A stretch of DNA of 64,000 nucleotides from assembly GCA_040954595.2 (NCBI GenBank), contig CM082579.2:7367625-7431624 (forward strand), read 5' to 3'. The DNA comes from Balanoglossus misakiensis. Its lineage: Eukaryota; Animalia; Hemichordata. Positions within the stretch are counted from its first letter, which is position 1. Each line of letters opens with the position of its first letter. This document shows, piece after piece, positions 41,401 to 54,054 of this stretch. A program made the position numbers and the translations under genes. Under the pieces are notes generated by a model. The model was not told where the DNA came from. It saw only the letters and a list, made by a program, of their open reading frames with translations, and did not search any database.

Positions 41401-44400
41401 AATCCTGAGGTGTACATGCCACAGCAAGAAACCCACGCACGACATTATCTTTCTTATATAAACAAAAACGCGGACTGCTTTGAACAGATTAAGGAACTGT
41501 GATCCAGTGCCTTACAGGTCTTTTACTTTTAAAGATTTGATACGCAGAGGATGAAGTACATGGTAATTGGTGGTGGCTCAATGTTTTCATCGTATGTCGG
41601 TGGCATTTCTTGGCAGAGACAGCTTTAAGCACTGCTCCAGGTGCACAGAGATGATGGTGTACAGCTGTGGGGGTAGGCTTCTCCTAGGCACAGCTTTCCA
41701 ATGTTTTATACCATTGAGATGGCGTTGATTAGACGCTAGGGGAACACTACGAGTTTTCAGCCAAACTAGCAGTCGCAAATTACACCAAATCAGAATTCAT
41801 GGCACATCCGCCCATGTGTGTACTTGCGTGGCTTCTTGGAGTGTGTAATATACGACAGGGAGCTATTTGTCGCTCGTAAAAGGCGAGAGAGAAAAAATAA
41901 AATGTTCACAGCTGTATTGCTTTAAATGCGTTTTGATGGGTTTTCCAGTGCCTTAAAGTGATGGATGCAAATCAGAGTAGCATTTTAAAGTGAAATTGGA
42001 ATGAATTTTAATACTGAATTAATCTAATCACTAAAAGCTGCAGTGCAGTTAAGCTATAATTCATCAAGGTTTCTCCTAGTAGAAGAAATTCATGTATGTA
42101 TATGCCGTCTAATGTTTGTCTGATGTACTGTGACGTAGTTTACCTTCCGGGTGTGCCAGAGACGCGTGATATTTCTAACAGCAATAATACCATCTGGAAA
42201 AGAGGAACAGTGCAACCTTCAGTACACATATCATTGCATACAACGGCAGCTGGTCGTGCTTATTTCAGGGACATTCCCGGAAAAGGTGTCCGCAGCTACT
42301 ACAAGGCAAATGCAGTCAAACACTTTGCCAGACCCTAAATATAGTCTTGAAGTAAATTCTCTGACCCATGGAATGACAAATTACGTCACATTTAGCCGAG
42401 TTGACACTTTGGAACAGAGTAAGAGTTAACCAAATAATTTATGGAGTCAATTTCAATTATTCATTTACTTGATATTTTTTTTTGAAAAACGCCAACACTG
42501 TTTAAGTGTAAAGTGCAAATAATTCTAGTAAATATTGGCACTTCAGAGGAAAAATCTGGTGTAGACTCATTCTGAACGTACATGCTTATGAAGTATCCAG
42601 CCTTTGTTTCACAGCAGGATGTGAGTGTTTTGTATTTTGAGGATCACTGGCAAATACAGGAAATGTGGGGAGGTTTGTTTAGGACAGTTAAAACTCAATA
42701 TTTAGAGCAGTAAAATGACAAATACGGATGTGATGGTTTAAATATAGTTTCATGTGTGGTCGACCGAGTTCATTTTGGCTTTATCAAGCATAATATTGTA
42801 TTGTGAGAATAATTGCAGGGATACAGTGCAACAAGGTGCAATGTACCATGCCCTCTAGTTTCCAATCAGTCAGCAAAGGGTCTAAACAAGTTTCTCAATG
42901 TCTACATTTCTATTTTCAAACTCAATGTAGCACAAAAATAGAATAACCGGTTCATGACCATGTATCTCATATGTCAACCTGGTGTAATGTTATTTCTATT
43001 TTCATGGCAACTTTTTTCAGACTGAAAACTGTTTGTTTAAACTGGCATGGAAATTATGGGTTTACAGATAGAGAGGGGATCGACTTAGGCTACTGCAATT
43101 TTTTGTTGCATTTTAATATTACTATTCTAACAGGAGACTGAGTGAGCAGTATTAACATGCAATATTAAAGTGATCACCGTCATCATGAAAGGTTTTATGG
43201 ATAGTTCACTGCCCGTGGGAATCACAGATCTGAGCGTTTCTTAATGTTCTATAGCAGATTAATTTGGATATAAAACTTTCATGGAAGAAGGTCAGAACTC
43301 AGCAATATGAAAAGGTCAGGAAGCATATGGTATTCCAGATGTAGACAGCTTTGTTATTTAGTCAACCCGAATGATCGGTTTCAGTGTACTATCAATATGT
43401 GCTCAGAGGTTGTACAAAGGTTGTTCAAACTGAGCATGACTTCATATGTGAACGACAATACAGTCAGCAGAACAATGTCCAGAAGGTTATGCCTTTTCAA
43501 ATGAGCGTGATTCAAAATCAATGAAAATCCAATATCTGTGTTGCGTTTTTTCTGGAATATGCTCCTGTGCTTTTCAGATGACGTGGTGGATAATTTATGA
43601 CAGGTTTTCCGTCAAAAATCTGTCTTTTTGAAAAAGTTGGTCAGAACTGACCAGTGAGGGCACCATACATGTATAAGGGTCATTCTCCTCGTATACATGT
43701 ATGTATCTGCCTTCATTAAAATAGCTTTGAGCAGATGTTAGCTGGACTGGCAGTTATGCAGCAGTGTAACTACTTTTGTTGTGTATTGTTTATCTAAACA
43801 TGGCACAAGGACAAACCCATCACAGCAATGAAAACAGGCGAAATGTAAATTTGTGATTGTTTGATTTGAGTAAATACTGCAAAGTACACATCCACTCAAC
43901 ACAGAATAAAAATAGTTTAATTGAATACACAATTATATGTGGCCTTCTGTGTGGTATGCACAGCCCATCTTCAACCAAGGACACGACAAATGAGAATACG
44001 GGGTTCTGGGCCAACCTTACATTGTTTAGGTGATAAGTGAATTAGGATGAGTTTCAAATCAGTCAGATAAACCTGTGACTTGCCGCCAGGATGTCAATCT
44101 AAAAATAGAGGTGTGGTATGTCGTTGGTATTTCAAAGGGCTGATTTCAAAGAATCTCTGATTTCAAGCGTACATTAGTGAACGTATTATTCTTGGTCTTG
44201 TTGGTGGAGGGCACAACTCCAGAAATTAACTAGCTGTACTGCATAACTGTAAATAGTGTCCATTCAATCTGCTGTGTCATACTCCGCACAAAATACCTAT
44301 GTTTCACGTATTGTATTTATGATAAAGCAATGATTAAAACAGATGTTTGATGCATTCTTTTATTTCTAGGTCTGGTCTACTGCATTGGTGGCATGGACAC

Positions 44401-45995
44401 CACAAGCCAGTCACTGAGCTGCGTTGAACGATACGATTTTGGAAGCGGCAAAGTCAGTATTGTAGCCAGTATGAACACACCAAGAAGTGGGGTGGGTGTG
44501 GCTGTCATCGATGGCAAGATATATGCAGTTGGTGAGTACAGTACAGTACAGTGAGTACACTACTGTACAGTACAGTATAGTATAGTACAGTATCAGATAG
44601 CAAGGTAGTAACCTGTTTCAGTACGCCAATATTAGGTTATGTTGGAGAAAAAAAAGTTACACTAATATAATTTGTATGTTTCCAGGCGGACATGATGGTT
44701 CCCAGTATCTGAACAGTGTAGAGTGCTATGATCCGTCTGCCAAGAGGTGGAAGTATGTTGCTTGCATGTCAAGACCCAGGAGATACGTCGCTGTCGGGAC
44801 GTTGAATGGACTCCTGTATGCCGTCGGTGGATATACCGGCACGCTCGTGTTGGACGATGTCGAAGTTTACGACCCCAAGACCAATCAGTGGAGTAAGTAT
44901 CTGTGTTGGCCTTGTTCAGGGGGCATCCAAGGAATATGTTATCTGAGCATCTTTACTGAGACAAGGAGATCAAAGATGGCTGTGCCTGGGTAACAGTAAG
45001 ATAACATTGTCTGATCATTACAATGTGTTTACTTTTCGTTATTTCTAGAATTTGTGATGTCTATGAACTGTAGACGGAGGCACGTTGCCATCGGTGTCCT
45101 TGATGGTAACCTGTATGCTGTGGGTGGCCATGATGGCAATAATTATCTGAAGAGTATGGAGAGATATGATCCAAAGACCAACACGGTGAGTAGTTTCAAA
45201 ATCAGTCCAGCCTGTTCATAAGAGTTTTACCAATGCAGATATAGACAGGTTTTCAGCAGTTTCTTTTATGCTGGTGATAAATCAATCACTGGTGAGAAAC
45301 AGTATGATGATAATCTACCAACAGACACTAGACAAGGTGCCCAGGTAAAATACTTGAATGCATTGTACTTTTCATTTCAGTGGACTCTTATGAGCAGTAT
45401 GGGCGCAAGAAGGGGTGGTGTTGGAGTTGCTGTGTTGGGCAATAGGTTATATGCAATGGGAGGCTATGATGGCACTTCAAATCTGAGCACTCTTGAGAGA
45501 TACTACCCAGAAGACGACAGGTGAGAGAAGCAAATAACTCTATTGAATTCGTAGAAAATCCCCTTTAGTTGACCATGGGAAATCCCTTTATTGCTTGATT
45601 TAAGTGTACAATATGAAGGCTATAAACAGCATTTGACATGCAATATTCACTTGACTGAGACACGTTTGTACTATCGCAATAGACGAATAAAAACAAAAGT
45701 TATCTATCATGTCTGCCATAGAGGGCGCTTGCAGTTAGACAACTTTTAAAGACACTGACCCATTCTGTCATTTTCTTTCAGGTGGAGTTTTGTCGCCCCT
45801 ATGAACCAGTGTCGCAGCGGTCTGGGCGTGGCAGTCGTGGGGAACTTTATCTATGCAATAGCTGGACATGATGGAGCACAATACTTAAACACGGTGGAGA
45901 TGTTTGACCCTCGCGTTGGCGAGTGGGCTTTCCGAGGCTCGATAGGGACAAGCAGGGCAGTGGCCGGCGTGGCAGTGATGAACGATCGTCTATGA
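32474..45995 (+). CDS. Kelch-like protein (BTB-BACK-6 Kelch; KLHL8/KLHL20-like Cul3 adaptor), 573 aa, 8 coding exons
   Basis: Coding exons 32474-32774, 33197-33325, 40021-40452, 44370-44531, 44686-44892, 45049-45185, 45381-45520, 45782-45995 (1722 nt, phases compatible). [25 protein letters not shown]; [30 protein letters not shown]; six YAVGG..VERYDP..W-type repeats. The exact ortholog was not determined. Confidence 0.93.
33432..33828. mobile_element. Young foldback MITE, 397 bp, ~130-bp TIRs, 9-bp TSD
   Basis: TAGTCTAGAATCTATCCGTTCG...CGAACGGATAGATTCTAGACTA with near-perfect long inverted arms, flanked by GGTACATGC at 33423-33431 and 33829-33837. Confidence 0.92.
44537..44593. repeat. (TACAG/TATAG)n pentamer repeat
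   Basis: Imperfect AGTAC/AGTAT run just after the KLHL exon-4 donor. Confidence 0.7.
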
Positions 45996-48900
45996 CAACA
46001 AGTGTTCATGGCCATAAACGTCAGAGTCACCAGCCTTTGATCTGTGCATTCTTCCAACCCCCAAGGAACCACCCGCTTTTTGTGGTGAATGGAATAGTCC
46101 CAACAGTTGTTCTAGCAATATTTTAAGAAGCAAGGGGAACGTGCGGAATATTTTCATGGATTTTTTTTTTACACGGGGCAGCATGAAGTGTTGCTGGTGG
46201 ATCCTAGGCTGGTGTCTCTATATCTGCCAAGCTGGGTGTGGTCAGAAAACGCCAGGAAAAGACATTCTGTTGTGAACTCCCAAGTGCCGGAAGGGATTGC
46301 CATCATGTGACCAGTCATGTGCTCTGTCCCCCATCATGCATCAGGGCCACTGCTACCACCGTCACATGACCCTCCCAGGCACCGCTTGTCATTCGTTCCT
46401 GGGGTGCTCTGTGATCACCATGTGCCCGCCATATGCCCACCATGTGATCATTGGTGAAACAGCACATGTTCACAAAACAGCTTATGTGGAGGCGCATGTC
46501 CAAATGTCATCAGACGACGGTTCACCATCTGGCTTGTTGATTCGCCCAAAAACAATGAACACACATTTTTTTCTCACAGAAACATAGGTTCACGTGGCTG
46601 GCCACAGAAAATGGAAGCTATTATGCTGTAAATAATATTGAAGAGAAAACTGTCCTTTCATGAGAATGGGAAATGTATGAGAGTTAAGTCAAAGAGCTTC
46701 ACTGAACATACAATCACTGGTACCCAAATAAAGTGTGTATTCTGTTGTCAAGTTATAAGAAATGACTTTCTGTCACCTTAGAAACACTTTTTGATAATCT
46801 CACAAAAGGGCTATATTTTCTATCCAGAAATTTAATTCCTCAACAGTAAATTAAAGCTGGGTTTGTTTTTCTGCAAATGTATATATAGGAATAATTTTTG
46901 TCGTTGTCCATACTTGCAAGTATATATTTTATTTTCCCAGTGTATTATTTTTCCCAAGTCCCCAAACATGACAGGAATGAGGAGACAGTCCCGCTGGTAA
47001 ATGTGGACATAATCGTGAAGGAGGTCTTCCATGTGTTATAACCAAATCATCACTTGTACCCTTGATGAAAAAACACCCTGTTTTTACAGAAGCTCAAAAA
47101 TTGATATTTGTGCATCTGTTGTTCTAGTGCTTGGTGTCACAAATATTGATTTGAAATTTTTAAAAAAATGGGTTCTGCAAGAGAGATAAACTACAGCGAA
47201 AAGGTGTTTATATTTATGTACCTGACTTTTCCCAATATGCTGAAAAGTTTTTAAAATAATTTGGTGAAGTCAAACAGTCTTCAAAATATAAATATATTCT
47301 AATATGTTTGTTGACGACACACACACATTTTTGGAATAATTCTGACTGCAGTGAGGGTCAGAAAGGACAAAATTGTTGGCAAGCTGAAATATGAAGATTT
47401 ATGTTTATCTAGATTTGCTGTAAAATATTTTGATTTTATGGATTAATATTGACAGTAAAATCTCTAAGGAAGGGGATTTCATGAACTTTTTATAGCTTTG
47501 CATTATTTTTTTGCCACTGCATATTACAACCTAGTGGTGATTTGTCCTGTTTGTTCAAAGTGCCTCGACACACCACTCACCCCCAGGATTTTCTGTACCA
47601 TGGAACAGCCCCACATAAGACTCAATAGGGGTGGAAGGTAAAAAAATTAAACTCACAATGCCTTATAGTGATTAAACCAAGTCTCCACATTTGTACAGTT
47701 ACAAATGTACAAAATTGCCAAGAAAATTTCCAAACCATAACGGTATCTTTTTTATAACAGAGCTTTACACAATTCAGCTGTGGATAGATTTATAGCAAAG
47801 TCTTTGGTATGATATGATATTCAATGAGGTGTGTTACTTAAGCTTTTTATTGTAAATTTTGACAGTTGCAATAGTATTACAAATGTATTGACTGATATTG
47901 CCAATCGCCTTCGCCATTTCTGAAAGCGATTTTACAAAAAAGGTGTCTGATGCCAAAGTGCATTCACTGGTTTTTTAATTTGCCAGAAAGAAACCAAGGT
48001 ATCATGTGAGATGTTCATGTTAGAGCCATTTTAGCATATATTTAACAATAACAATCTTCAAGTGTTGACTTCCTAAGTTAAAGAACATTAGGTGGTTATA
48101 TTAAAACCATGCAGATTATCAATGACCTTTTGAACACTCGGATGTAATTTGGGAAAGCAATTTTCTAAATTGTATCCAAGTAATGATATCTGGTTGCAAT
48201 ACTGTGATTGTGTTGATCCAAATTAACACAAATGCAAATTATCATCATATTACTTCAAAAGATTGCCTGTGTCGAGCAACTTGCTAAATCCCTGTTGTCA
48301 GAGGTCATAAAATCTCTCCATGTACTTGCACTTAAAAACTTGTACGACTCAACTCGTGTTAGTTTCTTTAACCACAGACAACTGCCACTTGGACAGACAC
48401 ATAAATTGACAAGTTTAAAAACTGAATGAATATTTTTATTCAATGAATTTTCAAACTGCCTGGTTGCACAAGGAGCTCTTTTTGTCAAATCACTTATCAA
48501 CAAATTTCGTACGACACAATGTGCACAGTTGCATTTCAATTTTAAATAAATGATCTAATGTATTGTGGGAGGCATTAATAATGGTTCATGATAGAAAATA
48601 GGAAGGTATATTTTCAGATGCTAATATATGATCTAAAATAACGTTTTTTAATAGGAAACTGAATCTCTTCTTACCAGTGAGCTTTCTTGTCAACACATTT
48701 GAAATTGGAAATCAAAAGTGAAACTTTAAGAGTTCAAAGGTGAGCCAAGCAGAATGCACCAATCTTGTGTGAAGTTCACATTCCAAGAGGGAATTTATGA
48801 TTAATATTAAAACATGAATGACTATTTACATTTTGACTGCTGTTTTATGATAAGTTAAGTTATGGTGAATCATGATTAAGTAATTTGAAATGAAATTTTT

Positions 48901-50803
48901 TTTTTACTTTTGCAACTGAAAGTATGTAGACTGTAAGCATATTTCACTGTGGTTTTATTATTTGGACGTCTGCACATATGAGCCTAAGCTGTAGATATTT
49001 TGGAGTTTCTGACGTTTAATATCAGATGTTATTTTTTTCTACATTTTGTAAAATAAAAAATAAAAACTCTTGACACACTGATCGATCAAATTGTTGATCA
49101 ACTTTAGGAAGGCACCACATTATTGGGAGGCAGCTATACTATCATTTGATTTTTTCTATTTTTTGTAAGTGACCAAATGAATTTGACTATTTTGTGTATA
49201 TGAAACTTCCTTTCAACTCATCCCTAGCAAGCTCTCAAGGACACCCCTACAAATATATGATTCACTCCAAATATTGCGATAACCCCCCCCCCCCCCAAAA
49301 AAAAAAGGAAGCAGCTCAGGTTCCGGGAACCTGAGCTGTTGTAATTTTTGCCTCCTGACCCAAGAACGAATAATCCTGAAATAAGTAAACGTAATTTTCA
49401 CAAGAATTAGCATGAGAGCAAAATAGAATTGCAAAATATTGGGAATGGGAGATTTAATGACAAGTTGATCACAGCTTTATTAATATTGTGATTCAAAACA
49501 CATGCCATGAATTTCAACAAAAATTCCAAACCATATTTCTCAAAATCACAGAACCACTTTTTTCCTTGGCCTTGGGAACAGTTAGGACTGAAACAGCAGC
49601 ATCATGGTACAGGAGAGTCCTTGTCATGACATTGTATTGTTATTTTTTTCACCAAATGCCTTAAACATTCCGTTGAATCAGGGAACCTGGAGCTGTGTAT
49701 AACATTAGAATTTCCACAGGTAAAAAAAAAAGTTTTCATAAGGAAAGAATTTGTTCGACAAACAGTGAGGATCTCTGTAGTTAATGCAAATCAACCTCAC
49801 TAACAACACAAACCATCTTCTTGTAGATCACTTTGGCAAAGTCGCTATCTGCTGTCTTGGATATGTTGAAACAAAAAGAACCTGAATTACATCAGATGCT
49901 GCTGATGTACGTTACCCCTTTAAAATGAACGTTACTGTGATGCGTGTTCAGCTCCAAGGTTGGGACTGGAAATGTCAATTTTATGCCTTTGATGAGGATC
50001 GGATATTGACGTTGCATAATTAGGATGCCAATTTGCCTGTGTTTTCATTACCCACTGTGCCCTTAACTTTGATTCTTGTAAATTTTGTTTGCATTCTACC
50101 AAGTAAGTAAGAAGTTTTTGTGGTACCAGTGTATTTTTCTTCATACACAAAGAAATAAAAAATGATTAAATAAATTATGCAAGTTTCTTTGAGTATCTAT
50201 GTAATCAATATTTTCATGGAAGAGAAACACAAAAAAATCATATACCAAAAGACATTCTGGATGTCGGACATGTCAGAAAAAAGTATGGTATGTTGAGAGT
50301 CCACCTCCAACACGATGCCAGATTTTCATTATTAGCATTAATTATAATTATGTTCATGTGATCTTATGGCTCTGGAGAGTAATTAAAATTAACATTAAAT
50401 ACCTTTAATGAAGAAATGATCGCCATTTATTTCTGCTTCCTGACAAAATTACTCAGTGCAAGTAAAGGACATTTAGTCCATAGACTCCATAATCGTTATG
50501 ACACTTGTCTTGCCAATTTTAAATCAAAGCATACTATAAAATTTTGATCGAATAAATAAGCTTTAACGTTTCTGTTTTTTGATATTTCAGTGATTTTAAA
50601 AAATCCTTAACAGTGACCCTAACTTCAACAGCCATTCTAATGGGACACGTATCTCCATTATTATAATGATTAATAAGGAGATAAATTCATTCCGAAGCCA
50701 GAAAAACAAGATTCAAGTTTAAGGTTTAATGCAATTAGATAATAATTACGGTTAATTAACATGACTTAATTAATTTTGCGACAGTGTCTTTTGTCCTGTT
50801 GCC

Positions 50804-50810
50804 TATATAA
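50804..50810 (+). promoter_or_regulatory. TATA box, copy A
   Basis: CCTATATAAG about 100 nt upstream of ATG 50907; conserved in copy B. Confidence 0.7.
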
Positions 50811-50906
50811 GAGACGGGGCTGATTTGTCCCTTCAAAGCAAACCACTCATCTTCGTCTCTTCAAAGCAAACCACTCATCGCAAAAAAAAAAAGATCTACT
50901 GGAAAG

Positions 50907-51526
50907 ATGAACTCCAAAGTGCTGGGAATCCTGCTGCTGCTGACGGTGTCGATGACGCAGACTTCTGCTTTCCTCAAAATTGGCAGAAGTGTGAAAAGGC
51001 ACGACGATAACGGCCTGGCGGGAAGAGTGGCGGCGTTGGAAGCAACGGTGGCAGAACATGGCCGCTTGCTGACAGACCTGACAGCTTCCGTCATGAACAT
51101 ACACAGCAGCATCACCAATGTGGAGGGGATGATTGAAAAAGCCACCGAACAATCCATGGTGAGATTTATTCAAGAGCAGGGAGGCAAACTTAATTACAGG
51201 TATTGGATGCCCAGTGATAATTGCTATATTGATCCAGCTTTATACATGGGCTATCAATGCTTGAACTGTGGTCTTTGTTTTGGTTTGTTCTTCTGCAGAA
51301 AACAATACTGTATTTTGCATTTTCTGCAATATTTCAGTAAAGTGAGATTTTATTGTGATATTTCGGTGCAGTTTTCTGCAATTTTCTGGTCTGTGGGTTA
51401 TTAGCTTTTAAAAATCTTCTTCTCACTTTTACCATTCTCTCCTAGGCAATGGTTGACCAGTTAATGGCTCAACTGGGCCAATTGGGAACGTTGTTCAATT
51501 CACTGGGACTGGCGAAAAAGAAGTGA
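50907..51526 (+). CDS. Secreted coiled-coil precursor, copy A, 110 aa, 2 exons
   Basis: Exons 50907-51158 (GTGAGA donor) and 51446-51526 (CTCCTAG acceptor). MNSKVLGILLLLTVSMTQTSA-FLKIG-RSVKR-HDDNGLAGRVAALEATVAEHGRLLTDLTASVMNIHSSITNVEGMIEKATEQSM|AMVDQLMAQLGQLGTLFNSLGLAKKK*. TATA upstream and AATAAA at 51612-51617. Confidence 0.85.
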
Positions 51527-51799
51527 AGCGCTTAGCAAGTACAGAAGGCTCAGGAGAATCCTTGGAAGAATAAAATATGAATAGGTTTCTTTTCAATGAG
51601 AACTTACCACAAATAAAGCACTAAAAGTCTTGAAATTAATAATGCATATTGTTTTGTGTTCTGTGTTGTTTAATGTAGTTTTCAACTGTTTTATTCGTTG
51701 ATGACATTTCTCACTGAAAAGGACAGAAAACTTCCAAAAGCAAAGAAAATCACACAGAACACTGTCAAATCAGTTAAAGACAGGTACAGGGACCTTTTC

Positions 51800-52379
51800 C
51801 TAAGTTGATGTAGCCTCCAGAAAGTGTGTTTATAAGGAACACCCAAGCATGTGTGTACAATGGCATCAGACAATAACGTATGAGAATAAAAAAGAACATT
51901 CCCTCTGTTTTGAGAATGGCCAACAAGCATGTTAGTATTTTTTACCCGGGACAGACAAGAACTTGTCTTAAATGTGGTAACCATGGTCACATTAGCAAGG
52001 AATGCAAAGACCTGAGATATTTTAAATGTCTTGACAACGGGCACACTGCTGACGTGTGCCAAAGCCATATCCCAGCGTATAACAGTTGATGATTCAGTAC
52101 TCCGTAAACATGGTATCCCACTGCTAAAAATCAACACAAAGTGTGTCGCTGAATTCGTTAGAAGACCAGAAGCCATACCTGCCCGTAATTGTAACCAAGC
52201 AGGGTTTGTCAATATTGAGGAAGTGTGGAACCATTTCAAGCTGTGAACTGATGACTGACGATGTTGTTTTATAAGGATCAGCACAAAAAGAATGTATACC
52301 ACGTGGCTATCGATTGACGAATCAGAACACAGACTGTGGATGAGGTGTGTTACAACAAGAAATGTCACCTCTAGAGGAA
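51800..52379 (+). mobile_element. Decayed L1/Tx1-like non-LTR retrotransposon fragment (ORF1 zinc knuckles)
   Basis: VYNGIRQ*RMRIKKNIPSVLRMANKHVSIFYPGQTRTCLKCGNHGHISKEC...FKCLDNGHTADVC fits the NG.R..M...IPS...YPGQ..TC..CG..GH....C pattern of Tx1 ORF1/ZCCHC3; it carries stops and a broken second knuckle. Boundaries are approximate. Confidence 0.7.
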
Positions 52380-52445
52380 TTGTAACTTGTAGTGAAGGTC
52401 ACCTCGACACAGTGCATGTATACATGCAGGTCAGCTAGACCTGCA

Positions 52446-52478
52446 TGTATGTATGTATGTATGTATGTATGTATGTAT
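52446..52478. repeat. (ATGT)n microsatellite at the duplication junction
   Basis: About 8 ATGT units, followed by degenerate ATCT/ATGT units. Confidence 0.85.
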
Positions 52479-53361
52479 AATCTATGTATGTATCTATAAA
52501 CTATGTATGCCTGTATCTATCTATCTATGTGATCAATATATTCATGGAAGAAAAACACAGAAAAATCATATACCAGAAGATATTCTGCACCGGGTCGGAC
52601 ATGTCAGAAAAAAGTATGGTATGTTGAGAGTCCATTTCCAACACGGACGATGCCAGATTTTATGAGTCACAAATGTTCAGATGTTATGACCAGTAAGCTT
52701 ACAATCTACAGTTGACATTTCATCCACATTAATTATGGTCGTCTGATGTTGGCTCTGGAGAGTAATTGAAATTAACATGAAATACCTTTAATGAAGAAAT
52801 GACCTCCCCCCCCCCCCCCCCCATTTATGTCTGCTTCCTGACAAAATTACTCGGTGCGAGTAAAGGACATTTAGTCCATATACTCCATAATCGTTATGAC
52901 ACTGTGTCTTGCCAATTTTAAATCAACAATTCTTAACTCCTGCAGATGAATAGTGTCGTTTTTGTCTCTCTTCAATGGAACCAAAAATGTCAAGTTTATG
53001 CTATCAGAGGCTAGATCTGTATTTTGTCCATGATTATGAGTCCTCCGTTAATATTAAGTTACCTTTCATTTCCCTGTTCGTTGTACTTTAATTTGTAATT
53101 AAAACAAGCAAACTATAAAAGTTTGATCTAACAAAATAAGACTTAAAATTTCTTGTTTTTTGATATTTCAGTGACTCTAACTTCAACATCCATTCTAATG
53201 GGACACGTATCTCCATTATTATAATGATAAATAAGGAGAGAAATTCATACCCAAGCCGGAAAAACAAGATACAATATAAAGGTTTAATGCAATTAGATAT
53301 AATTCCTGTTTTTTTAATATGACTTCATTAATTTTGCGATAGTGTCTTTTGTCCTGTTGCC

Positions 53362-53368
53362 TATATAA
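53362..53368 (+). promoter_or_regulatory. TATA box, copy B
   Basis: CCTATATAAG upstream of ATG 53437. Confidence 0.7.
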
Positions 53369-53436
53369 GAGACGGGGCTGATTTGTCCCTTCAAAGCAAA
53401 CCACTCATCGCAAAAAAAAAAAGATCTACTGGAAAG

Positions 53437-54054
53437 ATGAACTCCAAAGCGCTGGGAATCCTGCTGCTGCTGCTGACGGTGTCGATAACGCAGACTTCTG
53501 CTTACCTCAAAAATGGCAGAAGTGTGAAAAGGCATGACGATAACGGCCTGGCGGGAAGAGTGGCGGCGTTGGAAGCGACGGTGGCAGAACATGGCCGCTT
53601 GCTGACAGACCTGACAGCTTCCATCATGAACATACACAGCAGTATCACCAATGTGGAGGGGACGATTGAAAAAGCCACCGAACAATCCATGGTGAGATTT
53701 ATTCAAGAATTTCATAATCTCTTCTTCTCCAGACCCTCCGTCCACTTTTCTTTTTCAATTTTCAAATATACATGGGCTATCAATGCTTGAAGTGTGGTCT
53801 TTGTTTTGGTTTGTTCTTCTGCAGAAAACAATACTGTATTTTGCATTTTCTGCAATATTTCAGTAAGGTGAGATTTTATTGCGATATTTCGGTGCAGTTT
53901 TCTGCATCTTTATGGTTTGTGGGCAACTCAGCTTTTAAAAATCTTTCTTTTTATTTTTACCATTCTCTCCTAGGCAATGGTTGACCAGTTAATGGCTCAA
54001 CTGGACCAATTGGTAACATTGTTCAATTCACTGGGACTGGCGAAAAAGAAGTGA
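53437..54054 (+). CDS. Secreted coiled-coil precursor, copy B, 111 aa, 2 exons
   Basis: Exons 53437-53691 and 53974-54054. MNSKALGILLLLLTVSITQTSA-YLKNG-RSVKR-HDDNGLAGRVAALEATVAEHGRLLTDLTASIMNIHSSITNVEGTIEKATEQSM|AMVDQLMAQLDQLVTLFNSLGLAKKK*. Frame, splice sites, TATA and AATAAA are intact. Confidence 0.85.

Noticed and set aside
51159-51404. Cys-rich C-terminal extension in the ORF-track version of copy A
   Set aside because: Intron read-through: the frame is not preserved in copy B, whereas the spliced exon 2 is.
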